Positions 50,196 through 59,749 of a DNA stretch of 64,000 nt are shown here, in pieces (position 1 is the first letter of the stretch; every line of letters starts with the position of its first letter). Origin of the DNA: Candidatus Anderseniibacteriota bacterium (GTDB lineage: Bacteria; Patescibacteriota; Andersenbacteria; UBA10190); the NCBI GenBank assembly GCA_040876835.1, contig JBBDOX010000016.1, positions 98,875 through 162,874 of the forward strand. The letters run 5' to 3'. The notes under the pieces were generated by a model. It was not told the DNA's origin. It was given only the letters and a program-made list of their open reading frames with translations, and did not search any database. The position numbers and the translations under genes were made by a program.

Positions 50196-51730
50196 CCCAC
50201 CCCACTATTGAAGTTGAGCGTATAAACGCTCAGCAAAAGAAGATTATTCGCCTCCTTGCTGTCACCACCCTCCTCGTTGTCGCCGTTTTCGGCCCACGCC
50301 TATACCAGCTGGGATCGGTTTTAACAATTGATGAACCCCTGTGGGTAGACCGCGGCAAGAACTTCTTTCAGGCTATTAGCACTTTTCATTTTGCCAATAC
50401 TTTTCCACACACACAGCCTGGAGTTACAACAGCCTGGCTGACTGGTATTGGATCTATCTTTAATAGTCTCGCCGCCGCCCAGGCCGGAATAGCCATGGCT
50501 TCTGGTGCGCTAGTACTTAGCGCCACTTACTTTGCCGTGCTGCTATTCGGCAGACGCTATGGCCTGTTGTTCGGCTTACTTTTGGCCCTTGATCCTTTCC
50601 TAATCGCTCATGGGCGTGTTGCCCACACAGACTCCCTGCTAGCACTTTCCCTTCTTAACGCGACTTTCACTCTTCTGGTGGCCGGATACGCTCGAACTTC
50701 CGCCCTGCGAAAACAAGCTCGCTACTACGTATATTCCGGGGTTTTCTGTGGCCTGGGGGTGCTAACCAAAATTTTCGCTTTCGCTTTCTGGCCCCTGGCT
50801 TTTGTGTTAATTGCTATCCCTCTTTTTCAAAGTAAGCAGTGGCGGTTGATTCTAACACGTTACGTGCTCTGGCTAGGGATTACGGTGTTGACGATCTACA
50901 CCTTGTGGCCGGCTCTTTGGCTGGATGCCGGGGGAGTTGTTTTGCGTATGATGAATGAAATTGCCCCGTTTGCTGAAGGTACTCGGGAGCAGGAAGTGAC
51001 GAATCAGTGGTGGTTCTATTTTCGTGAAACACTCGTTCGCATCACTCCCATTACCAGCATCTTTGGAATAGTTGGATTGATTACCGCGATTAAAAATGTT
51101 AAGGAGCGTCAGAATCAGGCTATCCTCTTGCTGCTGGCAACAGCGATTATATACGCTGTCATTTTAAGTCTCCGCGGAGAAAAAAGTGATCGCTACATCC
51201 TCTTCAGTATGATTTCCTTCATTGGAGTTGCCACCCTTGGGGTGCAGGCGACCATTGGCTGGTTACGCCGCGAATGGCATGGTCGGGAGAAAGTGCTTTT
51301 TACAGTTATAACCACCATTTGTATCTTGTTTCTCACAGTGCAATCAGGTAGGCTCCACCCGCATCAGCTGGCCTATTATAACCAGTTTTACCCATTCAAG
51401 CAGTACCAGAAGATTGGCTGGGGCGAAGGACTCGAGGAGGCAGCTATCTGGGTGAATGAAAACCATCCTGACTGGCCAATTAGCACCTTTTATCCTCGCG
51501 TCTTTGAGCATTTCTACGAGGGCAAGGCAAGTGTTCAGTCGACCGAGCACGAGCCCAACACTAAGCCCTCTCTTCTCATTCTCTACCGCTCTATGCTCGA
51601 ACGCGGCCCTGACACTCCTGAAACTGACATCTTGAATAACTATTTGTTTGCTGGCGTGGAGCCACTCCATGTGGTCACCATCAACAACCTACCATACGTG
51701 TGGATTTACGAACGCATTCCGGGTAAGTAG
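50192..51730 (+). CDS. GT-C (PMT/ArnT-like) glycosyltransferase, paralog of 44572-46074
   Basis: TIDEPLW, QPGVTTAWL, ALDPFLIAHGRV, KSDRYI, GWGEGLEEAA. Confidence 0.8.
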   Translation: MTHPTIEVERINAQQKKIIRLLAVTTLLVVAVFGPRLYQLGSVLTIDEPLWVDRGKNFFQAISTFHFANTFPHTQPGVTTAWLTGIGSIFNSLAAAQAGIAMASGALVLSATYFAVLLFGRRYGLLFGLLLALDPFLIAHGRVAHTDSLLALSLLNATFTLLVAGYARTSALRKQARYYVYSGVFCGLGVLTKIFAFAFWPLAFVLIAIPLFQSKQWRLILTRYVLWLGITVLTIYTLWPALWLDAGGVVLRMMNEIAPFAEGTREQEVTNQWWFYFRETLVRITPITSIFGIVGLITAIKNVKERQNQAILLLLATAIIYAVILSLRGEKSDRYILFSMISFIGVATLGVQATIGWLRREWHGREKVLFTVITTICILFLTVQSGRLHPHQLAYYNQFYPFKQYQKIGWGEGLEEAAIWVNENHPDWPISTFYPRVFEHFYEGKASVQSTEHEPNTKPSLLILYRSMLERGPDTPETDILNNYLFAGVEPLHVVTINNLPYVWIYERIPGK

Positions 51731-51733
51731 GTT

Positions 51734-54112
51734 CTATCGACGTCGATGCAGAATGTAGTCATCGTCCGTCTGAGCCGCGTTCAGCGTAAACACCGGTTCA
51801 AACCTGCTCGCTAAAATTTCCTGTCGCTGAGAATACCCATTGAAATATACTTCGTTAGTTCGGCGATCCGTGAGAACAAAGTTAACCTGCGAATCCAGAA
51901 ATTCTGTAATATTCTCCGGATCCTGGAAATATACTTTTCGTAATTCCGTAGACACTTCCCCTTCCGCCTCGTACAGATACCAGCCTGAATGGCTGTATGA
52001 GAACATAATTTCTCGGTCTGCGAGAGCGGTAAATGCCGACTGCGCTGTAAAAATGGGTTCATTCTCCGGAACAAATCGCTGAATTGCCTGGGATACTTGA
52101 GCAATTTCATCATGCTCAATATCGCCTGCGTGAGGATACTTAAGCGCCAGGTTCCAGCTCAGCAAATACGATAGAGAAACAAGCCACAACAGGCTGAAAT
52201 ATGCCAACATTCGCCCCGGTGTCCGGGTTGCGTTGCGTACAACCCGGACAAATCCGGTAAGGCTCATAGCGGCCATAATAGTAAGTGGTGGCAGGAATTC
52301 CACCAAGTAGTTCTGCACGAAATTTCCCCACGAGCCATACAAGAGAATCAGCAATCCAACCCAGATCCCCCAAAACGCTATCCATCGGGTTTCATAATCA
52401 TTGTTCTCCTGATCGCCTAGGATTCGCAGTACCAGAGCGACAATGTAGACAACGACCGTAGCCAGAGAAGTTGCAATAATGATAAGCGGGGAGCCTGTGG
52501 GCAGTAGATACGCCATGTCGTGCGCGTGCCAGAAGAACATAAACACTCCAGCAGACCAGATAATTAGCACAATGCGGCGAGTCCACGCATTGCGATAATG
52601 CACAGTAAATAAAGGAATAAGAAGCACTCCGAGAATCAGCCAGGGAGAGCTTTTCCAGAGAACTCGAGCATTTTCAGCGATAGAACGAAGAATGGGTTCT
52701 TCGGTATGCTCAGATGCTACAGCCTGTCGCTCGCCAGCAATAGTGAGAGCTTCAATGTTAAACAAAATAGCGGTTTTAGTTTGTCCTATCGTGCCAAGAG
52801 AAGCGAAGACTATACCCGCGGTTATAACGAGTCCAGAGATGACATACGTCGCAACATTGCGCCAGCTGCGGTTAAAGAGCAGCAGGTACAACAACCCCAT
52901 AAAAATTCCCACGGCACTGCTGGCCCGGGTTAAATACGCAATAACCATCAGAGCACCAGCAAGCGCGATATAATACTGATTCTTCTTACTACTCCCTGTG
53001 GCCAGCGCGGCTAGACCGCCGACGACAAACATTGTGCTAACTACCTGCAAGAGGAGAGGTGTTGTCAAAACAACTGCTGCGGGCGATAGAGCTAGCAAAG
53101 CCGCAGTGATTCCGCGTAACAATGGGGTTACTCGGTTGCGTCTCAGAAACACATCAAACAGTAGGATCACCGCACTCCAGGCGATGGCCGATAGTGTCCG
53201 CAGCCACAGTATGGAATCAGGAACAATGATCTGCCACATCTTGAGGAGGTAAATGTATACCGGCCCCTTCGTCAAGAAATCCGCAATTGGCACGTTATGG
53301 ACATTTGTCTGAACAGCATCCTGCAGATATGCGCCCTCATCGTTATTTAACGGAAAAATGTTAGCGCTCCAGAAGTGAAACAGCAGTGCCAGTAAGGCAC
53401 TAATGTACACCACTCTTCGGACACGCACCGCAGGCCTTCGAACCAGTCGATATACCGCCATTAGGGCAAGAGCTACAAAGAATCCTTGAACAAAGTACCG
53501 GCCACCAGCCAAATTTAACCAGACCTGCTCAGGATCAACATGGGTCCAGGGACGCGTGGATATAAAATTAAGAATCCGAGCCTGGCTTCCATTCATACTA
53601 AAAGCATAGTTTCCGCTGATGACAACTGCTTTTACGTATGCATCCCCCTGAATGTATGCGTTATCATCAATCTCCCGATATACCACCACCGTCTTATCGG
53701 CATTGTGGGGGGCCTCCAGTATCCAGGTTAGCTTACGATTTCCATGCAGAGGCTCAAAAGAAAACTTTGCTTCTCCCGACTGTGGTGCGAACATCGGTAT
53801 TACCCGTAGGTCCTCGCCATCCAATCCCTCTCGGATATGCAGCAGAATCGGCCCACTATCTTCTACTAGAATCTCTAAGGGAATGGTCAAAGACTTCAGT
53901 CCAGGAACAGCGATAAAGGACTGTCCCACAGTCCGTGTATCTCCAAAGCTGATTCCGGCTTTTTGATTCGGCGCAGCTGGGATCGTATGGGAAACCGGGA
54001 TAGGGGAAAACAGGTACGTCAGCCCCAATCCGATTAGAATAGTTAACACTAACAACCGGGAATGGCGCTGGAGATATCTGGTGATTAATAATAGTCTGGC
54101 AGCGGTTTTCAT
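51734..54112 (-). CDS. GT-C (PMT/ArnT-like) glycosyltransferase with N-terminal extracytoplasmic domain
   Basis: NNDEGAYLQDA, TKGP, LRTLS, NYLVEFLPPL; paralogous to 46100-48388. Confidence 0.75.
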   Translation of the reverse strand: MKTAARLLLITRYLQRHSRLLVLTILIGLGLTYLFSPIPVSHTIPAAPNQKAGISFGDTRTVGQSFIAVPGLKSLTIPLEILVEDSGPILLHIREGLDGEDLRVIPMFAPQSGEAKFSFEPLHGNRKLTWILEAPHNADKTVVVYREIDDNAYIQGDAYVKAVVISGNYAFSMNGSQARILNFISTRPWTHVDPEQVWLNLAGGRYFVQGFFVALALMAVYRLVRRPAVRVRRVVYISALLALLFHFWSANIFPLNNDEGAYLQDAVQTNVHNVPIADFLTKGPVYIYLLKMWQIIVPDSILWLRTLSAIAWSAVILLFDVFLRRNRVTPLLRGITAALLALSPAAVVLTTPLLLQVVSTMFVVGGLAALATGSSKKNQYYIALAGALMVIAYLTRASSAVGIFMGLLYLLLFNRSWRNVATYVISGLVITAGIVFASLGTIGQTKTAILFNIEALTIAGERQAVASEHTEEPILRSIAENARVLWKSSPWLILGVLLIPLFTVHYRNAWTRRIVLIIWSAGVFMFFWHAHDMAYLLPTGSPLIIIATSLATVVVYIVALVLRILGDQENNDYETRWIAFWGIWVGLLILLYGSWGNFVQNYLVEFLPPLTIMAAMSLTGFVRVVRNATRTPGRMLAYFSLLWLVSLSYLLSWNLALKYPHAGDIEHDEIAQVSQAIQRFVPENEPIFTAQSAFTALADREIMFSYSHSGWYLYEAEGEVSTELRKVYFQDPENITEFLDSQVNFVLTDRRTNEVYFNGYSQRQEILASRFEPVFTLNAAQTDDDYILHRRR

Positions 54113-54140
54113 ATAGCCAGCATACTAGCCTTCGGCTGCT

Positions 54141-54221
54141 TGGCAAAATATGAATGGCCGCTGGTCGCTTTTTAAAAATCTGATAGACTTAATTTCGTGC
54201 AACAGCTGGCAAAATATGAAT
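54141..54221 (+). repeat. 15-bp direct repeat, copies 66 bp apart
   Basis: TGGCAAAATATGAAT at 54141-54155 and 54207-54221. Confidence 0.8.
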
Positions 54222-54724
54222 ATTTAGTAATCGGAGCTTTAGGAATTTTGGCTCTACTAATTATTATTCCTGCTGTCTTTAAGGCCCGAATAGCCGTTCG
54301 AGATGATTTGCGTATGCAGGATATGGCTATTCTCAAACAGGCCGTCGAACAATACAACAATACGCATGATTTTTATGTCACCCCTCCAACCACTACTTCT
54401 CCTTGTACAACATCTATGGAGTTAGACAGCTGGCTATTTGGAAGCAACTCGAGCCTGATCAAGGAGGGGCATATTGATGCTCTACCACACGATGTACGTG
54501 AGTCCACCGATCGGCACTATGTCTACTGTGCTACCGACATTCAGAGTGGGCGCACAACTGGGTATTACCTTGAAGCACACTTGGAACAGCGTCTAGAACC
54601 AGAAATTGGTTTTGATGAGGACGAGAGTCGAAAATTTGACTATCGGATTTTGAATCAGGACGACAAGACTCTGTACCGTGTTTGTGGTGGGACAGAGACA
54701 CAATGCAAACCGCAGGACGCATAA
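54197..54724 (+). CDS. Type IV pilin/pseudopilin-like protein with atypical N-terminus
   Basis: Hydrophobic helix then ARIAVRDDLRMQDMAILKQAVEQY, IDALPHD, Y.Y, YYLEAHLE; four Cys. Confidence 0.7.
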   Translation: MQQLAKYEYLVIGALGILALLIIIPAVFKARIAVRDDLRMQDMAILKQAVEQYNNTHDFYVTPPTTTSPCTTSMELDSWLFGSNSSLIKEGHIDALPHDVRESTDRHYVYCATDIQSGRTTGYYLEAHLEQRLEPEIGFDEDESRKFDYRILNQDDKTLYRVCGGTETQCKPQDA

Positions 54725-56883
54725 CCGGCTTCGTCGGCATAATTATTCTTGGACTGCTTATTCTGAGCAGCTTCGTTCGGCTGCATCCCCGAGCCACCCT
54801 TACGCATACTCCCGATGATAAGCACCTACATCAAGTATTCGGGCGGCACCGTATCACTCAACAGATCGTTGCCCCCACGGACACACTGGCCGGTTTAGAA
54901 CTGTTTGTAGATGAGAACTCACTAACACCCGCGGATGCCCCGCTCTTTCTTCACGTTCGCTTAGCAGGAACGGATGAAGACATTCGCACCGTCAAGCAGT
55001 CTATCGCCAAGACTCAGCATGGCGAGCGCCTTGTGTTTGCCTTTGAACGGATTGAAAATACTCATGACAGGGCATACGAATTCGAGCTCGAAGCTCCTTC
55101 GCTCAATCAGTCCCAAGCGCTCCGTATTCGCTATCAAACTGATGCGAGTAAATATCCGCTTGGTCGGTCATGGTCATCAGATGAGGCAAAGCAAGGCAGC
55201 CTGGGATTCGTTGTGATTGAGGAGCCCTCAGCTCTCGCCATTATCGCTCGATGGATAATCGACTCTGATAATTTCCTTGTATGGCCTTCTATTGCTGCAA
55301 TGATCTTTGGAATACTTGGGTGGCACTACCAGAAAAATGCCGCAAGAGCTGAAACATGGTGGCACGACCGTTGGAATCACGTTCCGCGAAAGCATCTCTT
55401 CTTTTGGTTTCTAGGTATCTTAACCGCTACTTTTTTCCTGTACTGGCCGGCACTGCAGCAGTTTTACTACCACGATGACTTAGCTCTCCTGGCCCGCGGT
55501 ATTCAATTTACCAGTGAGCATCCCTGGGAAATTATTAGCGCCAGGGCATACCTAGAAACGGACCCTTACTCTCAGTTTGCTCTTCCGTTTTGGCGGCCAC
55601 TTTCGGCCGGGATATACCCCCTGGTAACTTTCTTTCTGTTTAAACTCAATAGCGTCGCCGTATTTGCACTCCATCTTCTCCTTACCGGAATTACTGGTGG
55701 CCTTCTCTTCTTGTTAGCACTGCTCTATCTGCAAAAACCGATAGTTAGTGGATTGACGGTCACATTTTGGCTTGCACATTCTTCAAAGGTTGGGGCGCTA
55801 TACTGGTGGAGTTCTTCTCAAGACATTCTTGCCAGCCTCTTAATTCTCACTAGCATACTGCTATATAGCTACTGGCGCTCATATCCTTCTAAGCGCGTTG
55901 TATTGTACGGAGCAATTAGTACAGCAGCTCTGGCAATGCTCTCCAAAGAGCACGCCATTCTAGCTCCCCTCATTATCTGGATCTTTTGTGAATTTCCGCC
56001 TCTTCTTCAGGCCTGGAAGAAAAAATACCTTGTCGCCTCCTTTATACGTATTGCTCCCTTTGTTTTCACAGCGGGTATATATCTTGCCTTACGCACTATT
56101 GCCTTTAGTGATCAAACGTTGCCGGAACTGTTTCGCAACGACACAACCTACGAGATGGCAACGAGCGTGAGCAAAATCGCTCAAAATTTTGTCACTTACG
56201 GTGCCTGGTCAGCTGAGCAATGGATCTGGCCTGAAAATATTTTTAATGGGCTCGATGGCGCTCTTGGAAGCTGGATGTGGGAGATAAAGATTCAGAAACC
56301 GCTGTATCCCGGTATTATTGCGCTCATCGCCCTACTTCTTCTACCCATACTATTCTGGAAAAAAACGAATATTCGAACCAATCTCTTGCTTGGGACTGCA
56401 TGGTGGCTTCTTTTTCTGGGTCCAACGCTTTTTCTTAACCACCAATGGGATGCGCGCTGGTTGTATATGCCTATCTTTGGAGTGGGATTCATCTTGGGTG
56501 TCCTGTTTCTCCTCCTGAAGCCGCAGTTAAGAAATCCACTCGTCATCTTATCTATAGTCGCTCTTCTTGGTTACGGCTTCTGGCAAGCTCGTGACGAAGA
56601 ACATACAAAATTTTCTCGGGAACAAGCAGCGTATAGCCGCGTAGCATTTAATCAATTTAAGGACCAAAAACATGTGCTGAATGCTGACTCCAAAGTAGTG
56701 GTAGTAGGCGTTACTCCTCATCAAACAACCTCGGTCAATGCCTATCTGTTCCGTCTGGCTGGTATGCCAGCCAACACCCCACTTATCCGCACCGATAGGA
56801 TGCCCACAGAATTTTCAGAACATGATATCGTAATTGACATGTCAGATTACGACGCCTTTTACCCTCACTATGATCAGGACTAA
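54703..56883 (+). CDS. GT-C-like membrane glycosyltransferase with N-terminal extracytoplasmic domain
   Basis: YYHDD, FWRPL, LAMLSKE, RWLYMP (TMTC/PMT-like membrane-domain motifs). Confidence 0.72.
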   Translation: MQTAGRITGFVGIIILGLLILSSFVRLHPRATLTHTPDDKHLHQVFGRHRITQQIVAPTDTLAGLELFVDENSLTPADAPLFLHVRLAGTDEDIRTVKQSIAKTQHGERLVFAFERIENTHDRAYEFELEAPSLNQSQALRIRYQTDASKYPLGRSWSSDEAKQGSLGFVVIEEPSALAIIARWIIDSDNFLVWPSIAAMIFGILGWHYQKNAARAETWWHDRWNHVPRKHLFFWFLGILTATFFLYWPALQQFYYHDDLALLARGIQFTSEHPWEIISARAYLETDPYSQFALPFWRPLSAGIYPLVTFFLFKLNSVAVFALHLLLTGITGGLLFLLALLYLQKPIVSGLTVTFWLAHSSKVGALYWWSSSQDILASLLILTSILLYSYWRSYPSKRVVLYGAISTAALAMLSKEHAILAPLIIWIFCEFPPLLQAWKKKYLVASFIRIAPFVFTAGIYLALRTIAFSDQTLPELFRNDTTYEMATSVSKIAQNFVTYGAWSAEQWIWPENIFNGLDGALGSWMWEIKIQKPLYPGIIALIALLLLPILFWKKTNIRTNLLLGTAWWLLFLGPTLFLNHQWDARWLYMPIFGVGFILGVLFLLLKPQLRNPLVILSIVALLGYGFWQARDEEHTKFSREQAAYSRVAFNQFKDQKHVLNADSKVVVVGVTPHQTTSVNAYLFRLAGMPANTPLIRTDRMPTEFSEHDIVIDMSDYDAFYPHYDQD

Positions 56884-59749
56884 AGCCATACAACTTCTTC
56901 GCGATAACCGAGTAGGCCTTGCGCTGATCGTTATTGCCTGGATTATATTTTTTAGTCCCATTCTGTCGGGGAAATATGTTTACTTTCTCGATGACTTAAA
57001 AATCATTTACTACCCCTTGGAGTATGAATATGCCCAGGCTCAGGAGAACTGGCAGCTACCTGTGTGGAGTAATACCTTTGGATTTGGGCAACCGCTTATC
57101 GCCTGGGGTCAACTCGGCTTCCTTACCCCCATTCACCTTCTCCTACGGCTTATAGGAATTGCTCCCCTCAATCTTCTACAGGTGTCCGTTGTGTCCTACT
57201 TTTTAGTAGGGCTACTGGGCATGTACACCTTTTTCCGTCAACGCCTCTTTGATCAGCTACCATCAGCCGTGGCTGCTGTTATCTTCGCATTCTCCGGTTT
57301 TGCGATTGGGCATTTGAATCATGTGAACTTTTATACTTCCACCATGCTACTGCCCTGGCTACTGGTGTCAGCATATGCATTACTTCAGAAACCAACCCTG
57401 GGAAGATCTCTTGTTCTTGCCCTAGTTGCCGCTGCCACCACTGTCAGCGGTCAGCCACAGATAGTACTATTTGTCTTTATTGCCGCAGCGGGAGTGAGTC
57501 TGGGACTGCTTATCGAAAAATATGCGCTACAGATTAAAAAGCAAAGAAAACGTATTGCGAAACTAGTATCCTTGACGATCCTGGCCGGCGGCCTGGGCCT
57601 TGTGCTGTCAGCCTTTGCTATTCTCCCTTTGTATGAATTTATTCCGCTTACCGAACGAGCTGAGCCGCTTCCGCCGACAGAGCGTCTGGAATTTAGCTAC
57701 CCGCCCCTCCATGCTGTTACGCTGGTATTACCGTATTTCTTTGGTAATCACGAAAACTACTGGGGGGCTAAGGGCTTTCAGGAACTGGCGGCATTCACGG
57801 GCCTGATCCCGCTATTCCTATCTGGAGCAGCCTTAGTGCGCTGGAAAACTCACAAACCCGAGCGAGTAGTAGGAATACTGTTCATCGCCCTGGCAGTCAT
57901 TATGGCTCTGGGTCGACATTCTTTCCTCTACGCCTACCTGGTCGATCGTCATATTATAACCTCCCTGGGCGTCGCCGGACGATTCGTATTTTTCTTTGAC
58001 CTGGGAATCATGCTGCTGGCCGCGTCCGCGCTTCAGGATCTACAAACTTCAAAGAAGAAGTATGCTTTGCTGGCATGCATAACTGGTCTTCTTTTTACTG
58101 CCGGTATTCTCACCCCCTTCTTCATTTACATGCAGGGCACACCGGATGTCTATACCCGCTTTATTTCTATAGCTTCATCTGCAGACGCTACTTGGATTGC
58201 CGCGCTTCTTGGACTACTGATTATTCCTGCCTACGTCCTTGTGGCATACAGGCAACGATTGGTGAAACCTGTATCGGTGATGATAAGTATCATCGCCACA
58301 GCCACTCTCCTTACATACTCATGGAATTACAATCCGCTTACTTACCGCTCTGCCGCAAACGCTTCAGTTATCTTTGCTGACAACCTCAAACAATACACCA
58401 CCGACAGTGTCACTCCTGCCCGCCTGTACTCTCGTCCCGATCTGATCCAAAATTCCTCTATCACAAAGCATACTGATCCAATTTCTCCTGTCTTTGCTGT
58501 CTACCAGCCGTTTGATATTGAACTAGACAATCTCAGCTGCTTCCGACTGCCTATGCAGTCAGGACCCGAAGCAGTTGGCGAGATTCACCTGGGGTTGCAC
58601 GAAGACCCTCTAGCACAGCCCATTCGCACCCTGACACTTGATAGCGCTGAAGTAGACGCCATATTTGAGGAAAAAGTATGCTTCAATCCGGTTTCAGACA
58701 GTGCCGGTAAACAATACTGGCTCTCAATTACCAGTGATTCCGTCAGTGGAGTAACTCTCTTTTATCAGGACACGGAGCAATCGCAACCTCAAGTATACTT
58801 TGTTCGTAAAGCAGACCCCACAGTCGAGCAATGGCGGCAATCTCAAAAAAACGCGGTGGTAATCGCTGAACCAATCTTCCCCAAACAAATTGACGAGGAA
58901 GCGATTCTTCTAGCCCGTCACTTAAACGTACCTGCCGACAGCTCGAGTGCCCGCTGGATTGGTGCGTTATCTCTGCGTGACTACCGTGCCTTCATCGAAT
59001 TCTTCTTTGCTAATGACAGGGAGCCTATTGACGGAGATGGTCTACATGTTATCCAGCGCTACCGTAATATCCTGAATATGGTTGGAGTTACTCACCTAGC
59101 CCAGATACTCCCCCTCACCAACGAGGACAGCATGTTAAGTAATAACTTCGAGTTAACCGATGAGGTGGCTGTAAGTAACAAGCGCGCCCGCCTATATACC
59201 AATCCACAGGCTTACCCTAAAGCCTTTATGGTAAAAAACGCCGTTTGGAAATCAGCCGCAGACGAGACCCGTGATCGCATGCGTTCATCAGCATTTGATC
59301 CCCAAAAAGTTGTATATATCAGCGGCCCCAGACCCCCGACTGAGCTTGTTAACCAGGACTGGGAGGCAGCTGAAGAGCTGGCCTTAGCCGACACCTCTTC
59401 TCTGACATATACGGCTACTGTTGATCAGTATACCCCCACTCAAGTTGATCTTACCGTTCAAACTGACGAAGACGCCTGGCTGGTGATGACCGACTCCACC
59501 ACTCCGCAATGGCATACAACGATTAACGAGGAGCCCGCTGCACAATATGTTGCGTACTCTGTTTTTAAAGCCGCTTTCATTCCGGCCGGAACCCAGAAAG
59601 TATCCTTCACATATTCCTCCCCGGCAATTGAGTTATCGAAAAACCTAACATTGACGGGCCTAGCTGCCGTTGTCCTTTTATCCGGCCTGACTCTTTATCT
59701 CAGCAAACGCGATTCTTCCTCCGACACCAAGACACCGCCAACTGCATAG
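56870..59749 (+). CDS. YfhO family GT-C membrane protein
   Basis: DDLKIIYYP, LPVWSNTFGFGQP, FAFSGF, SGQPQ, YPKAF, WLVMTDS..PQW, FKAAFIPAGTQKVSFTY. Confidence 0.85.
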   Translation: MIRTKAIQLLRDNRVGLALIVIAWIIFFSPILSGKYVYFLDDLKIIYYPLEYEYAQAQENWQLPVWSNTFGFGQPLIAWGQLGFLTPIHLLLRLIGIAPLNLLQVSVVSYFLVGLLGMYTFFRQRLFDQLPSAVAAVIFAFSGFAIGHLNHVNFYTSTMLLPWLLVSAYALLQKPTLGRSLVLALVAAATTVSGQPQIVLFVFIAAAGVSLGLLIEKYALQIKKQRKRIAKLVSLTILAGGLGLVLSAFAILPLYEFIPLTERAEPLPPTERLEFSYPPLHAVTLVLPYFFGNHENYWGAKGFQELAAFTGLIPLFLSGAALVRWKTHKPERVVGILFIALAVIMALGRHSFLYAYLVDRHIITSLGVAGRFVFFFDLGIMLLAASALQDLQTSKKKYALLACITGLLFTAGILTPFFIYMQGTPDVYTRFISIASSADATWIAALLGLLIIPAYVLVAYRQRLVKPVSVMISIIATATLLTYSWNYNPLTYRSAANASVIFADNLKQYTTDSVTPARLYSRPDLIQNSSITKHTDPISPVFAVYQPFDIELDNLSCFRLPMQSGPEAVGEIHLGLHEDPLAQPIRTLTLDSAEVDAIFEEKVCFNPVSDSAGKQYWLSITSDSVSGVTLFYQDTEQSQPQVYFVRKADPTVEQWRQSQKNAVVIAEPIFPKQIDEEAILLARHLNVPADSSSARWIGALSLRDYRAFIEFFFANDREPIDGDGLHVIQRYRNILNMVGVTHLAQILPLTNEDSMLSNNFELTDEVAVSNKRARLYTNPQAYPKAFMVKNAVWKSAADETRDRMRSSAFDPQKVVYISGPRPPTELVNQDWEAAEELALADTSSLTYTATVDQYTPTQVDLTVQTDEDAWLVMTDSTTPQWHTTINEEPAAQYVAYSVFKAAFIPAGTQKVSFTYSSPAIELSKNLTLTGLAAVVLLSGLTLYLSKRDSSSDTKTPPTA

